A DNA stretch of 64,000 bases from the human T2T-CHM13v2.0 reference genome, Homo sapiens (GCF_009914755.1 NC_060945.1), one strand, 5' to 3'. Positions 36,621 through 54,724 are shown, counted from the stretch's first letter. Made by a program: numbers and translations. Notes: generated by a model not told the origin, from the letters alone.

Positions 36621-37518
36621 TAATTTTTGTATTTTTAGTAGAGACAGGGTTTCACCACGTTGGTCAGGCTGGTCTCGAACTCCTGACCTTAAGTGATCTG
36701 CCTGCCTCAACCTCCCAAAGTGCTGGGATTACAGGCATGAGCCACCGCACCCAGCCCCTCCTATTCCTAAATATGCATAAAGTCTGAAATGCCTGGATCT
36801 GGGATAGGTAGATCAAAGGTGTTGGGATGGGTCAGGAAGGCAGAGTTGTTCATTCACCTCTTCACTGGTTGTTAAATGGTCCTAGTGTTTGGCCCTGAGT
36901 GTATAAAAATGATTAAGACAATGAATGTAGAGAATAGTCTACTTAGAGACCTTGTCAGAATGTCTGTATTACCATGTGTACTATAATAGATACACATACA
37001 CTATGTGCCATGATTTTTCAAAAGTGCTAGAATAGAAATATTTTTAAATGTTATAGGACACTACTTGCCAGGAAGAGTTGAAGAAAGTCCAATAGAGGAA
37101 GAACAAACTGAGCTGGGTTTTGAAGCATGGAGTTTCAGATTAAAGAAAAGAAGAAAAGGCCAGGTGTGGTGGCTCACGCCTGTAATCCCAGCACTTTGGG
37201 AGGCCGAGGCAGGTGGATCACTAGGTCAGGAGTTCGAGACCAGCCTGGCCAAGATGGTGAAACGCTGTCTCTACTAAAAATACAAAAATTAGCTGGGCAC
37301 AGTGGCGGGTGCCTGTAATCCCAGCTACTCAGGAGGCTGAGGCAGGAGAATCGCTTGAACCCAGGAAGTGGAGGTTACAGTGAGCCTAGATCGTGCCACT
37401 ACACTCTAGCCTGGGTGACAGAACAAGACTGTCTCAAAAAAAAAAGAGGCCGGGCTCAGTGGCTCACACCTGTAATCCCAGCACTGTGGGAGGCCAAGGC
37501 AGGCAGATCAGGAGGTCA

Positions 37519-37800
<282 letters not shown>

Positions 37801-38303
37801 TTATGGTATTTTAGCGAGTGGTGGTGATTGGTCTGGGATAAGATCTTGAAGGATTTTCAGCTTACTCAAGTCTGAACTCTACCCTCCATGCCAGGAATCG
37901 GCAAAGTTTTTCTGTAAAGAACTAGACAGTATGCACTCAGATGGTTACAGAAGTTTGATTAAATGGCTGATTTCTGAATTAGGTATGGCGCTTGAGACTC
38001 TGCCTAGGGAGAGTGCTCAGGTCATGCTTATATGTGAAAATGTGTCGTTATTTTTTCCTCTTGCTCTCACACATGTCCCTTGGTTTCCTAAGTGAGGTTT
38101 TGAAAATGAAATTTTGACAGTTGAGCCAAAATGCCCTCTATAAGCACGTGTATTTCCTTCTTTAAAGAATTCCCTCTCAGGAATTCCCTCTCTAATGTAT
38201 TGTAAGATTTGGGGTTCGACCATTAACGCATTAGTCCAGTTCAATAAGCTTCATTTTTTTTTGTTGGTAGCAGGGTCCATTTTATGGGCGAACATACCAG
38301 TAA

Positions 38304-38561
<258 letters not shown>

Positions 38562-38749
38562 TGAATTACAGGCACCCACCACCATGCCTGGCTAATTTTT
38601 ATATTTTTAGTAAAGATGGGGTTTCACCATCTTGGCCAGGCTGGTCTTGAACTCCTGACCTCATGATCCACCCACCTTGGCCTCCCAAAGTGCTGAGATT
38701 ACAGGCGTGAGCCACTGCGGCCAGCCTACAACAATTTTTTTTTTTTTGA

Positions 38750-39061
<312 letters not shown>

Positions 39062-39098
39062 TAAAATTCATAACTCATAATCTAAAATTTATGCTCAG

Positions 39099-39155
39099 CA
39101 CAGCTAACTTTGGAGACCTACCAAGAATGGTGCAATGATTCAGCAGCTACTCATG
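39099..39155 (+). CDS. IFNGR2: Alternative in-frame cassette exon of IFNGR2 (adds AQLTLETYQEWCNDSAATH)
   Basis: Acceptor ctcag| before 39099, donor CATG|GTAAGA after 39155; 57 nt, phase 1/1, open in the IFNGR2 frame; the peptide matches my recollection of a longer annotated isoform (not verified here). Confidence 0.75.
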
Positions 39156-39731
39156 GTAAGACAAGAGTATCTGGGTGTAACCTGTATGAAACCTGCATCT
39201 CACAACCACTGCTCCTTCTCCCCAGCCTTCCAGCCCTGGTGTTTCCCATCGGGGGCCATGTGGCCTGGAACACAGAGGCTGGGCTGCCCAAGGACAGGCC
39301 CCCTGGCCTACAAAAAGGACAGTCTTATCACAGATGTGCAATCCTTGGCACTTCCCTGTGGCGTCTGCAGTTCTGAGACTGATTTTCTTCTATAAATGTG
39401 AAAAGATAGGGGATGATAGGAAACCCGGATATAAGGCAGAACAATGTTGCTTGGGCCATCTCTTACACCTCAGTGAAACGGAAAATGAAGGAAATGGAAG
39501 GCTGGCATGGGAACCCCGACTTATACAGTGATGCCCTTTTGCTGTTCCACGCGTCGCTTGGGGTGGAAGCCCTTCCTTGTCCCCTCGCCACCCACCCCGG
39601 AGCCCCTTGGTGCTTCCTTTCTGAACTGAATGCTTAGACTGGGGAACTAGAGGTGCCCGGAAAGGGAAGTCGGGAAGAAGAGACTATTCCTGTTGGTTCC
39701 TCCCCAGAGATGGGAGATGGTGAACAGGCGT

Positions 39732-40418
39732 GTGGAGGGCGGAATAATGGTCCCCAAAGATGTCCACGCCCTCATCCTCAGAGTCCGTGAACCTGGGAAT
39801 GTGCTGCCTGACGTACAAAAGGGACTCCGCAGATGTGAGTAAGTTAAGAGCCCTGATGTGGGGAGATTGTCTTGCATTGTTGGGCCAAGTGGCCTTATAC
39901 CACCACAGGGTCCCCAAAAGATGGAGCAGAGGCAGAAGGTTCAGTACCAGGGAGACAAGAAGGATGCGGCCAACCTTGCTGGAGGAAGGTGCCCTGAGCC
40001 AAAGAATGGGAGTGGCCTCTAGAAGCTGGGAAAGGCAAGGAAATGGATTCTCCCTGGAGGCTCGAGAAGGACCCCAGCCCTGCTGATAACTTGACTTTAG
40101 TCAGTGAGACTGACTTTAAACTTCTGACCAGCAGAACTATAAGAAAATAAATTTAGATGTGATTTTTTAAAATTTATTTATTTTTAGAGATGGGGGGATC
40201 TCGCTATGTTGGCCAGGCTAGAGTGCAATGATTATTCACAGGCATGATCATAGCACATGCACTACAGCCTCGAACTCCTGGGCTCCAGTGATCCTCCCGC
40301 CTCAGCCCCTTGAGCAGCTGGGACTACAGGTGCGCACCACCACGCCCAGCTAAATCTGGGTTGTGTGGAGTCACTAGGTTAGTGATAATGTGTTACAGTG
40401 ATAAGAAGAACCTAATAC
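39732..40418 (+). mobile_element. MLT1 LTR with internal Alu monomer
   Basis: gcggaataatggtccccaaagatgtccacgccctcatcc start; aagaacctaataca end. Confidence 0.8.
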
Positions 40419-40477
40419 AGGAAATAAAAGGAGTTGTCAGATTCTTTGAATGCCCAACCCTAAGCAGACACTCACCC

Positions 40478-41197
<720 letters not shown>

Positions 41198-41888
41198 GCT
41201 GCCTCTGTTATCTTGACTTGCTCCAGGTTTGGAAGAAGCCTGTGTAGGATCTGTGTTTCATTTCTGGCTTTGATGTCTGGGCGTCAGTTTCCCTGGGGTT
41301 AATTATTAGCTTAATGTGAAGGCAGCATTGTGGAAATTTCTCTGCATAGTTCGGATGCTATTCAGATCTGTCTGTGTGACTGTCATGCAGGCCTCTCTGT
41401 GTGACTGTGAGGGAGCATTGACCTGCCACCACCCCCCTCTGGAAGCATCCAGTCCCCAACTGGCTTTGGGCATTGCTAGGTCATAGCAGCCACAGCACAC
41501 CTGGTGGGCCTGCCTCTTGCCACGCAGCTTTACCTGTCTGCCTTCGGCCCAGGATGTCATGAGGCCTGCTGTGTGTCAGGAGAAGTGTTGTTAGCTGGTT
41601 GGGTGAAGGTCACCCAGAGCTCATAGGTGTGGAGGGGAGGGGCATCCTATAACTAAACAAATGGCCGCAGACTTGGCAATTCATCTTTCAGAAGAAGAGC
41701 CAGTGGTCAGGCTGTCAGCTGATCTCTTTGAGGTTGAGCGCATTTACCGAAAATGTGTGGCTTGAATTTCCTGCTTTGAATTTTGGAACAGCATGTTTTT
41801 CAAACCTTTCTTCCACCTTCTGGGCATTTCTTATTAATCTTTTTGGTCAAAAGCCTTATCTTGATTATGTTTTCTTTCTAAGACAAAG

Positions 41889-42335
<447 letters not shown>

Positions 42336-43161
42336 TGATCTGCCTTCCTTGGCCTCCCACAGTGCTGGGATTATAGGTGTGAGCCACTGAGCTCGGGCCG
42401 TGTTGTCCTCTAACTTTAATGTGTGTGAGAAGCAGCTGGAAAGCTTGTTTAAAATGCAGATTTCCTGGGGGCCTCAGGACCTGCACTTTAACCAGCACCC
42501 CTGTGATTGCGATGCTGGGGGTCCTTGAGAGACAACAACTCTGATGGTGCCCAGAAGTCGGCGTTCCTTGCCCTCCCCTGCAGCTTGGGCTTTGCGTACC
42601 TGATTTAGGATGTTTGTGTGTTTGTGTGTTTTTGCGTGTGTAGTGTGTGCACGTGTGCACGTATTTGCGGACATTTACCAGACACTTCCTTGGTACTAAA
42701 TCTGAAGCTAACGCGTGTCACATGATCACCACGTTAATCTTCGCCACAGCCCTGTGGGTGTATCATTATTGACCCCTTATTCCTGAAAAAGAAAACTCAA
42801 GCTCAGACAGGTGAAGTGACCTGCCCCGAGCCTAATGCAGTTACTAATGGTAGAACTGGGACCCCAGTCCGGCCAGACTCCAGGGCCCAGGACCTGTTCG
42901 TAACAACTGGGACCTGCAGGTGGAAAGGCTGCCCCAGGCGCCTCTTTTCTTTTTGTGCTGCCTGTACCAGTAGGGCCATCTTTGTAGCCAAAAGTCGGGG
43001 GTGTGGGGCCATGCCCAGGGGGACCTGGTAATGCCATTTCTGCACTTTGACAAAAACTGAGTTGTATGAATGACTTAGATAATGGACATTGAAACATTTT
43101 TGTAATTATTTCCCTCTCTCTCCTCCCTTCCTCCCTCTTCTTTTTCTCTGTCCCCCTCAAG

Positions 43162-43294
43162 ACCCTCTTTCCCAGCTGCCCGCTCCTCAGCACCCGAAGA
43201 TTCGCCTGTACAACGCAGAGCAGGTCCTGAGTTGGGAGCCAGTGGCCCTGAGCAATAGCACGAGGCCTGTTGTCTACCAAGTGCAGTTTAAATA
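43162..43294 (+). CDS. IFNGR2: IFNGR2 coding exon 2 (DPLSQLPAPQHPKIRLYNAEQVLSWEPVALSNSTRPVVYQVQFK), start of FN3 domain D1
   Basis: Long polypyrimidine tract ending tcaag|; donor TA|GTAAGC; 133 nt. Confidence 0.98.
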
Positions 43295-44908
43295 GTAAGC
43301 CGGTATTTCTGTTGGATCCTTGCTGGGAGCTGTGGGGGCATCGTGCGGAACCCTGGGGCCACATACTAGTCCCTGCCTCTGTGCAGGGTTTGTTATCAAA
43401 CCCGTGGGAAACACATCGTTCTTGGAGCTTGTAAAATCTCTGAGGACAGAGGTTTCACAGCCTCCCACTCATCTGAAGGCTTAAACTACACTGGCAGTCA
43501 GGACTCCGCTGTCTAACCACACGGGTTCTTGCTTTGGTGGAAAGTTCATTCTTTCGCTGGTTTCAGGAGAAAGGTTGTAAAAATAGGCTTCCACCATGGA
43601 AGAACAGGAGGCAGCTTTTAGTCTTCATCTTCGGGCTTAAAAATCGGATTGATTTAACCTTATAGACCAAATATGGCCTGATCAGAAATTTGTTTGGTTA
43701 ATTACAATGAATTCTGAGTTTCTCAACTGGTTTTCCATTTTGCATATTATCCTGGCTCTTTCATCTGTCTCTTGCCTCTTCAAGCTTTTGCAGAATTGGC
43801 CATCACTTGATTTGCAATATAAATACATATAGAAAGAGGGCAAAGTCCACATCCTTTGTTATTTTTTGTTTACGTTGTTAAGTAGGTTAATTGAAGAGTA
43901 AGGTGAAGTTATTGGCTAAGTCATTTTGTACTATTTGGTAAACCAAATGTAAAGACATGATGATGTCCAGTGCTTGTGAGATGGGACTGGTTCATATGTG
44001 TTCACCTGATGCTGTTTGCAGAATCAATTAGCATAGCCCTTTCAAAGAGGAATTCTACCAGACATTTGAAGTCATGGAAATGTCCATAGTAGTTTTCCAA
44101 TGTGTGTGTGTGTGTGCACGTGTGCATGTGTGTCTGTTTGTTGTTGTTGTTTTGAAACAGAGTTTCCCTCTATCGCCCAGGCTGGAGGGCAATGGCATGA
44201 TCTCAGCTCACTGCAACTTCCACCTCCTGGGTTCAAGTGATTCTCATGCCTCCTGAGTAGCTGGGACTACAGGCATGAGCTACCATGGCTGGCTAATAGG
44301 TATATTTTTAGTAGAGATGGGGTTTTGCCATGTTGGCCAGGCTGGTCTCAAATTCCTGGCCCCATCCTCAAGTGATTTGCCCGCCTGGGCCTCCCAAAGT
44401 GCTGGGATTGCAGGCATGAGCCACCGTGCCCAGCCTTCATAGTAGTTTTATCCTACACAGATAATTCAACCCCCCATCAAAAAAAAGAGAGACAAAAACT
44501 ATAATCATGAAGAGATACATGGAAGTGTATATTCATATCCATCAGTAGGAAAGTGACCAATTTTAGCCTGCTAACTTACGCTTGAACACTAAACCACAGA
44601 CAGCCAATAGAAAGGATAATTAGATGTCATCTGGTAGAAATTGCAACTCTGTAAACTTTGGCATGTATTTGTATTTTTTATTTCTTATTTTTGTTACTTA
44701 AAAAAATTTTTTATTCACTTTTATACTGAAAAGTTGCAAGTGGTATGTATTTATTGTCAAGAATAGAAAGGGGCCGATCATGGTGGCTCACACCTGTAAA
44801 AGAATAGAAAAGTAGGCCAGGCATGGTGGCTCACGCCTGTAATCCCAGCACTTTGGGAGGCCAAGACGGGCGGATCACGCGGTGAGGAGATCGAGACCAT
44901 CCTGGCTA

Positions 44909-45301
<393 letters not shown>

Positions 45302-45538
45302 TTATACCTCAGCCTTCTGTGTAGCTGGGATTACAAGTGTGCACCACCCCACCCGGTTCAGATAACTTCTTTTTTTTTTTTCTGAGACAAGGTCTCACTC
45401 TGCCCCCCAGGCTGGAGTGCAGTGGCATGATCATGGCTCAATGCAGCCACAATTTCCTGGCTCAAGAGATCCTCCTACTTCAGCCTCCCAAGTAGCTGGG
45501 ACTATGGGCGCACACTGCTGTACCCAGCTAATTTTTAA

Positions 45539-45745
<207 letters not shown>

Positions 45746-45824
45746 TAAATCACATTGATCTGTTCCTCCAGTAGTTATAAATTACGAACATTAAGTTACC
45801 TGTAATTAATGGAGCAATCCACCA

Positions 45825-45995
45825 GAGCAGGCTACACAATTTGCAAGACCCAGTGCAAAATGAAAATGTGAGACCCTTTATTTAAAAAGTATTAAGAATT
45901 TCAAGATGGCAACCGCAGAGCATCAAATGAAGTGCCTTTCTGAGAACGGGCTTGATGTGAGCGCACAGGTCACATGTCAGGAAGTTGGCCCTACC
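45825..45995. mobile_element. MER91-like DNA transposon relic
   Basis: acaatttgcaagacccagtgcaaaatgaaaatgtgagaccc. Confidence 0.6.
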
Positions 45996-48900
45996 CTCAG
46001 CATTCAGCAAACATTACACCCTAGAGCTAAACAAGAAGCTTGTTGTGAGAGTCACGGCTGATGTATTGACTTAGGCTTGATGCTGATTTATGGGCTCCTT
46101 GGCCTTGAACAAGGAAGTACGTTTACTGATTTTCAGAGGAGATGCTTCTAAAAATGGGATAAAACGTTATTGCATTAAAAAAAAAAACCTTTGATAGAGT
46201 TTCATTTGATAAACTAACCTGTTTCACTTTGTCTTCTTTTCAAAAAGCATTTTATAGATATTTTCTCAGGGATAAAGGTTGGTTTTATTTTTTATTTATT
46301 TATTTATTTATTTTGAGACAGAGTCTCGCTCTGTCATCCAGGCTGGAGTGCAGTGGCGTGATCTCAGCTGACTGCAACTTTCGGCTCATTGCAACCTGCG
46401 GCTCACTGCAGCCTCCGCCTCGTGGGTTCAAGCGATTCTCCTGCCTCAGACTCCTGAGTAGCTGGGATTACAGGCACCCACCACTACGCCCGGCTGATTT
46501 TTATATTTTTAGTAGAGACAGCTTTTCACCATGTTGGCCAGGCTGGTCTCGAACTCCTGACCTCAGGTGATCCGCCCACCTAGCCTCCCAAAGTGCTGGA
46601 ATTATAGGTGTAAGCCATCACGCCCAGCCTAGAGGTTGGTTTTAGTAAAAGAAACATAGGTTAGGGTACATGTGAATATTCCTGTTAGAAAAAGGTGAAA
46701 TCGGGGATGATTTCTTTTTCTTTTTCAGTTTGTAGATTTGATAATGGAAGAGGGCCTTTGCATTTGTTTTTAGATACTTTGTTTTAGATACAAACATGTG
46801 TTTGGGACTTTTTATTAGTTTTGAGGCTTGTGAGACTTAAATTTCCACCGTGTTTCTCTACAATAAAGCATTGCTATGATTAAAAATGAAGATGCCTTTG
46901 TTTTTTGACAGAGTATCAAGACCAAAATTACATGGAGCACTTGATGGGAGAATTTCAAGTCTAAATCATGGGTAGCAGACAGTGGCTGCAGGCTATTTGG
47001 CTCCCAGTGTTTAATTTTTTTTTTCTTCAATTTGTTGCCAACATTAAGAAATCTGGACTTTTCACTTAGAAAAAAATAATAATAAATAACAGGAAAAAAA
47101 ACCAATCCTGATGTCAGTTTTCCTTGAAAATGCAGACAGTCGGGCAGCAAGGCCCCTTCCAGATCACGCCTCCTGGTCTACTGCCAGCCCCTCTCTCAGA
47201 CCTGCCCAGCCCTGTCTTCTCAAACATTTGTTTTTCATTTTCTTCTGATTTTAATAGCAATCCATGTTCTTTATAGAAAATCTGGACAATCTAGAAAAGT
47301 AGAAGAAAATAAAATAACCTGTTGTTCTACACTCTAAGAATAATCACTATTCTCATTTTATTTTACTTTTTATTTTATCTTATTTATTTATTTATTTGAG
47401 ACAGAGTCTTACTCTGTTGCCCAGGCTGGACTGCAGTGGCGTGATCTCAGCTCACTGAAACCTCCGCCGCCTGGGTTCAAGTGATTGTCCTGCCTCAGCC
47501 TTCCAAGTAGCTGGGATTACAGGCGCCCGCCACCATGCCTGGCTAATTTTTTTGTATTTTTAGTAGAGATGCAGTTTCACCATGTTAGCTAGGCTGGTTT
47601 CGAACTCCTCACCTGAAGTGATCTGCCCGCCTCAGCCTCCCAAAGTGCTGGGATTACAGGTGTGAGCCACTGCACCCAGCCATTATTCTCATTTTAGACT
47701 TTTTTTTCTAAATTCGTTCTCTTGTTTGAAAATTGTGTGTGTGTGTGTGTGTGTGTAAACCAAACCAGACTGGGGTCACACTTCTGGGGTCTATTTCCTT
47801 TTTTATTTTAACTTGATGTAGTTAAATGTGAGCATTTTTTCATGTAATTATTTCTGTGTGGACATTGTATGTTTCATTATGTGACATATCACATGTGTTG
47901 TATTTAACTTTTCCCCAGTCATGGGCGTAGACAGTTGGCAGCTTGTGCCTGTCCTAAGTCATGACCTCGTACATGAATCATATCTGGTTATTTTCTTACA
48001 CTTCTAGAAGAGAGGTTGCTGGGTCAAAGGGGATGGACTTACTTAATGTTTTTGTGAGTGACCTCACAAAGGCTGGACATAGCTCTTGAGTCCCAGGGAC
48101 AGGCTGAGCCCCGGCAGTGGCAGGGGTTTGGGGGAGCAGGCCCTGCACTGCATTTGAGGAAGAGCCGTGCATGTTGCTCTTGGAGGAGGAGGAGCGGGGC
48201 GGTTAGAGGGTCTTTAGGTATCTGTCTACCTTGAAAAAGAAATCACTCACCTCTTCCAGAGCACGCCCCTCACCCCCGACCTGAGAGGAGAGGCTCGTGG
48301 TTTGCGATCCCTCTCCCCATTAGGGTCTGTCACCCTGGGGCTGAGTAGTAGGTATCTATGGCGGGTGTCTTCATGGAAGCCCTGGCCACGCATCTTGAAG
48401 TGGCTTTCATCTTGTCCCTTGCAACTTAAGCGGAAGATGCATCTTGGAGAGGGTCGGAGGTACAGTTAGAAGCATGTGTGGTACGTGAAAGCCGGTGGTC
48501 GTGGGGATACAGAGCGGTCTCCAGTCTCGTCTCCTGTCTCCCATGGCCTTGCTTTCTGGGCCATAGTTGCTGTTGTAGGGGGATACTGTCCGCTGCCCCT
48601 ACTCAGGCTCCCAGCAGCCACCTCCTTGGCCTTTCTGAAGTCTGTCACCTAAGGCAAAGAGGTCAGAGCTGGGGACTAGAGTCCCACGTGGGAGTGTGGC
48701 ATTGGGACTCTGGGAAAGGCACTGTCATTCACAAGGATGTGTGGCCATGTATTTGGCAAGGTTTTCATATGGGTGAGACAAATCCTCTTTGAATGGGCAG
48801 CTATGGGTGGAAAGAAACTCCGCACCAGCAGGAAGCAGGACTGGAGTTTGTATTAACACAGTTCCATTCCCAAAACATAGGCTACAGAGACTGAGTTTGA

Positions 48901-49495
48901 AGTATTAAAATCAGTTATGGGATGGAATGGGAGAAAATATTTGCAAATCATCTATCTGACAAGGGACTTGTATCCAGAATAGATAACGAACTCTTACAAT
49001 TCAACAATTAGAAGACAAATAACCCAATTAAAAACCACAGCTGGGCACAAGGGATCACACCTGTAATCCCAGCACTTTGGGAGGCCAAGGCAGGAGGATT
49101 ACTTGAGTCTAGGAGTTCAAGACCAGCCTGGGCAACAAGGAGAGACCCCCAACTCTACAAAGAAATTAAAAATAAAAATAACAGTAGCAGCCAAGCACAG
49201 TGGCTCACGCTTGTAATTTCAGCACTTTGGGAGGCCGAGGTGGGCGGATCACATGAGGCCAGGAGTTTGAGACCAGCCTGACCAACATAGTAAAACCCCG
49301 TTTCTACTAAAAATATAAAAATTAACCAGGCATGATGGTGCATGCCTGTAATCCCAGCACATTGGGAGGCCAAGGCAGGTGGATCACTTGAGGTCAGGAG
49401 TTTGAGACCAGCCTGGCCAACATGGTGACACCCCATCTCTACTAAAAATACAAAAATTACCTGGGTGTGGTGGCTCACACCTGTAGTTCCAGCTA

Positions 49496-49603
<108 letters not shown>

Positions 49604-49754
49604 TCAAAAAAAAAAAAAAAAAAAAGCGGGGGGGAACTGTATGGTACATATAAATTGTATCTCAATAAACCTGTGTTTTGAACAAAAGCTCTGGGGAAAC
49701 TATTACACATGAAACAGAGAATTCTGTGAATTGAAATCCTTTTTTCCTTCCCAG

Positions 49755-49960
49755 CACCGACAGTAAATGGTTCACGGCCGACATCATGTCCATAGGGGTG
49801 AATTGTACACAGATCACAGCAACAGAGTGTGACTTCACTGCCGCCAGTCCCTCAGCAGGCTTCCCAATGGATTTCAATGTCACTCTACGCCTTCGAGCTG
49901 AGCTGGGAGCACTCCATTCTGCCTGGGTGACAATGCCTTGGTTTCAACACTATCGGAATG
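49755..49960 (+). CDS. IFNGR2: IFNGR2 coding exon 3 (YTDSKWFTADIMSIGVNCTQITATECDF...WFQHYRN)
   Basis: Acceptor ttcccag|, donor ATG|GTAAGA; 206 nt; frame continuous with exons 2 and 4. Confidence 0.98.
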
Positions 49961-50141
49961 GTAAGAGAACTTGAGTATAGAACTTCCTTTATACTTTCCA
50001 GGTTTTCTTCACTTGCGGTATCGACTCCACACACCTCTGTCCTGCCTGTCACCCTAAATGACCAGCAGACAAATGGGTAGGACAGTCAAACCCACACTCT
50101 GACCTTGGAGGCTGATGCTAAGGGAGTGTGATTTGCTAAAC

Positions 50142-50352
50142 CAGGGGTTGGCCAACTACAGCCTGCAGGCCAAATCGGGCCCACCACTTGTTTTTGTAAA
50201 TAAAGTTTTATTGGAACACACAGTTACATCCATCTTTTATTGTGTCTATGACTGCTTTCACACTACAATGGTAGAGTAGTTGCAATAGCAGCTGTTGAGC
50301 CTGCAAAGTCTAAATTTACTGTGGCTCTTTACTGAAAAAGTTTGCCAACCTC
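50142..50352. mobile_element. MER58A (hAT-Charlie)
   Basis: caggggttggccaactacagcctgcaggccaaatc ... aaaaagtttgccaacctc. Confidence 0.85.
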
Positions 50353-50823
50353 ATGCTAGAAGGGATGCTAGCATATCTCTCTGATCACCCTTACTTATTC
50401 TGGTGCAACTTCTTTTGTGTTGCAGAATAGGCACCTTGAATGGTGCCTGGCATGTAGTAGGTATTCAGTAAATATTTGTTGAATGACTGAGTGAACAAAT
50501 ATGTCCCCAGATATTGGAAGGAGACAGAAGAACCCTCAGATTCCAGTTCCTACATTTGTTCCTCCAGTAATTCATTTGTCACGTAGTCAGCCATGCCAGA
50601 TGTTTCTTCCGTGTCTGGTTTATGCACACACAGGGCATGAAACTTACATGGATCTTGATTTAGACAAACTAATGTATAAGACAATTGAAATGTGATCACC
50701 GTCTAGATATTTGATATATAATGAACAATTTTATTGTTGACTTATTTTCAGTGTTATAATGGTGTTTTGGTTATGATTTTTAAAGGAGGAGGAGGTCTGG
50801 TTAAGATGTTAAAGTTTATGTTA

Positions 50824-51150
<327 letters not shown>

Positions 51151-51298
51151 TCAAAAAAAAAAAAAAAAAAAAAAAAGCAAAATAATCCAAAGAACAGGAG
51201 GGACAAGGACAAAGCTTCCAGGCATAGAAGAAACAAAATTGGCCATAAGTTGACAGTTGATTCAGTTGGGTAATTAGTACATGAGTGTTTGTTAATGA

Positions 51299-51520
<222 letters not shown>

Positions 51521-52138
51521 TAGCCAGGATGGTCTTGAACTCCTGACCTTGTGATCCGCCCGCCTCGGCCTCCCAAAGTGCTGGGATTACAGGCGTGAGC
51601 CACCGCACCCAGCCTATCTTCTCTCTACTTTCTATGTGTTTGAAATTTTCTGTAATAAAAAGTTTTTTTTTGTTGTTGTTGTTTTTGAGGTGGAGTCTTG
51701 CACTGTCGCCCAGGCTGGCGTGCAGTGGTGCAGTCTCGGCTCACTGCAACCTCTGCCTCCTGGGTTCAAGTGATTCTCCCTCCCGGGTTCAAGTGAGCCT
51801 CCCAAGTAGCTGGGACTACAGGTGCACGCCACTATGCCCGTCTAATTTTTTGTATTTTTAGTAGAGACGGGATTTCACCATGTTGTCCAGGCTGGCCTCT
51901 AACTCCTGACCTCGTGATCCGCCCATCTCAGCCTCCCAAAGTGCTAGGATTACAGGCGTGAGAGCCACCGTGCCCGGCCAATAAAAAGTTTTTTAGAGAG
52001 GATCATGCCTGTAATCTTAGCCCATTGGGAGGCTGAGGTGGGAGGATCGCTTGAGCTCAGGAGTTCAAGATGAGCCTGGGGAATATAGCAAGACCCCATC
52101 TCTATTTTTTTTTTTTTTTTAATCAGTGGTTTGTGCTA

Positions 52139-52573
<435 letters not shown>

Positions 52574-53176
52574 TCATTTAAAAAAAAAAAGGAATGATAC
52601 TTACCGCCACTGCCCAGGGATCAAGAGAAGGTAACAGAAGCAGGATGTATCGTGACAGTGGGTCCGGTGCCAGCCAGCTGCCGCTTCCGGCCGGAGTCAA
52701 GCACCCATGTTTCTGTTAGTTACTGGCTGGGTTGCTGTTCTCTGCCCTCGTGCTTGAAAAGCTTGACACAGTGGTGGTCTCATGTCACATCTGCCACTTT
52801 CACCTCTGCTGGTGGCGTTAGAATCAGTAATGGATATGGAGGTGGTTTACCAAGCGGAGGAGTGAGATGGTGGTTGGAGGGGGCAGGCTTTAGCATCACC
52901 CTCACCTGGGTTCATATCCCAACTCTGCCATTTATTGGCTGTGTTACTGTGGGCAAGTAGTGTCACCTCCTGGCTTCCGTTTCCTCGTCTGAGAAATGGG
53001 GATAACCTTATTTGTTTTTTTGTTTTGTTTTGTTTTTTGAGACAGTCTCGCTCTGTCGCCCAGGCTGGAGTGCAGTGGAGCGATCTCAGTTCACTGCAGC
53101 CTCCGCCTCCAGGTTTAAGTGATTCTCGTGCCTCAGCCTCCCCAATAGCTAGGATGGGCCACCACACCCCAGTTAA

Positions 53177-53305
<129 letters not shown>

Positions 53306-54380
53306 TAGCTGGGATTACTGGCATGCACCACCATGCCCCACCATGCCCAGCTAATTTTTGTATTTTTAGTAGAAACGGCATTTCTCCATGTTGGCCAGAC
53401 TGGTCTTGAACTCCTGACCTCAAGTGATCTGCCCACCTCAGCCTCCCAAAGTGCTGGGATTACAGGTATGAGCCACCATGCCCATCCCGTGATACCCTTA
53501 TTTGGCAGTGACACTGATCGTGAGAGGCTTCGTGGAAAGGCCATTTACCTGGAGACTCCACACATTGTCGTCCAGTGTTCCCTAGAGCCAGCCTTCCTCC
53601 AGTGCTGTGAGAGGAGGCAGATTGTTCTCGCCTCTAGATGAGGTTTACTGGGTTCATGTCAGATTCCGGGCCAGGACTCTCTTCAGAAGGGCAGGTCTGA
53701 GCCCTGTGTTTTCAGCCGTGCAGTGGCCAGCTGTGGCTGGTGTCCACACTCCCATGTGCTAATGGAGATGCCCAAAGAATGTGTCCAAAGCCAGTCCCTG
53801 CAGGTGCTTCTGCAACGCACTTCTGCACACTCTGCTCACTTAGCTGGGACAAGGGAAGCTGGAGAACGTGTGTGCTGGTGTCCCTGGGCAGGCTGAGTGG
53901 AAGAGCATTTTGTCACTAGCAGTCAATCCACAAACATCACTATGGCTGGTGGTGGGCCAGGCCTGACCTCACTTCTGCCACTGGGAGTTGTCTGGACTTA
54001 GCACCTCCACCAGAACAAATGAGGGGGCACAACTACAAACTCAGCAGTTCTTTTGCACAGAGAGAAGCTTGGCCAGATCATACACCTAACCCTCACCAAC
54101 CTGGAGTGCCCAGGGGAGAGAATCCAGCCCTGCTGTTGTGAACACACAGTGACAGGATTGTCTCCTTGTGTAAAATGTGCAGACATTGGTCTCTTAGAAC
54201 TTCGAGGACCCAAACTGTACTTTGATCTGAGTTTCTCTGGTGAATTATACAATGTGCATGCTTACTTAATAAATGCTTGATAACCCCTCATTGATAGCAC
54301 ATCATGAGTCACAGTCCTAGCCTGACCTGTGAATTATATGAAAAGCCTGAACAAATAGACTTACATGGCAACACTTCTCA

Positions 54381-54680
<300 letters not shown>

Positions 54681-54724
54681 TCAAAAATGAATAAATAAAT
54701 AAATAGGCCAGGCGCGGTGGCTCA

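Noticed and set aside
46363-46414. Triplicated ~18-bp unit inside an Alu (similar cases at ~7795-7850 and ~51757-51796)
   Set aside because: Ordinary intra-Alu slippage duplications with no functional hint
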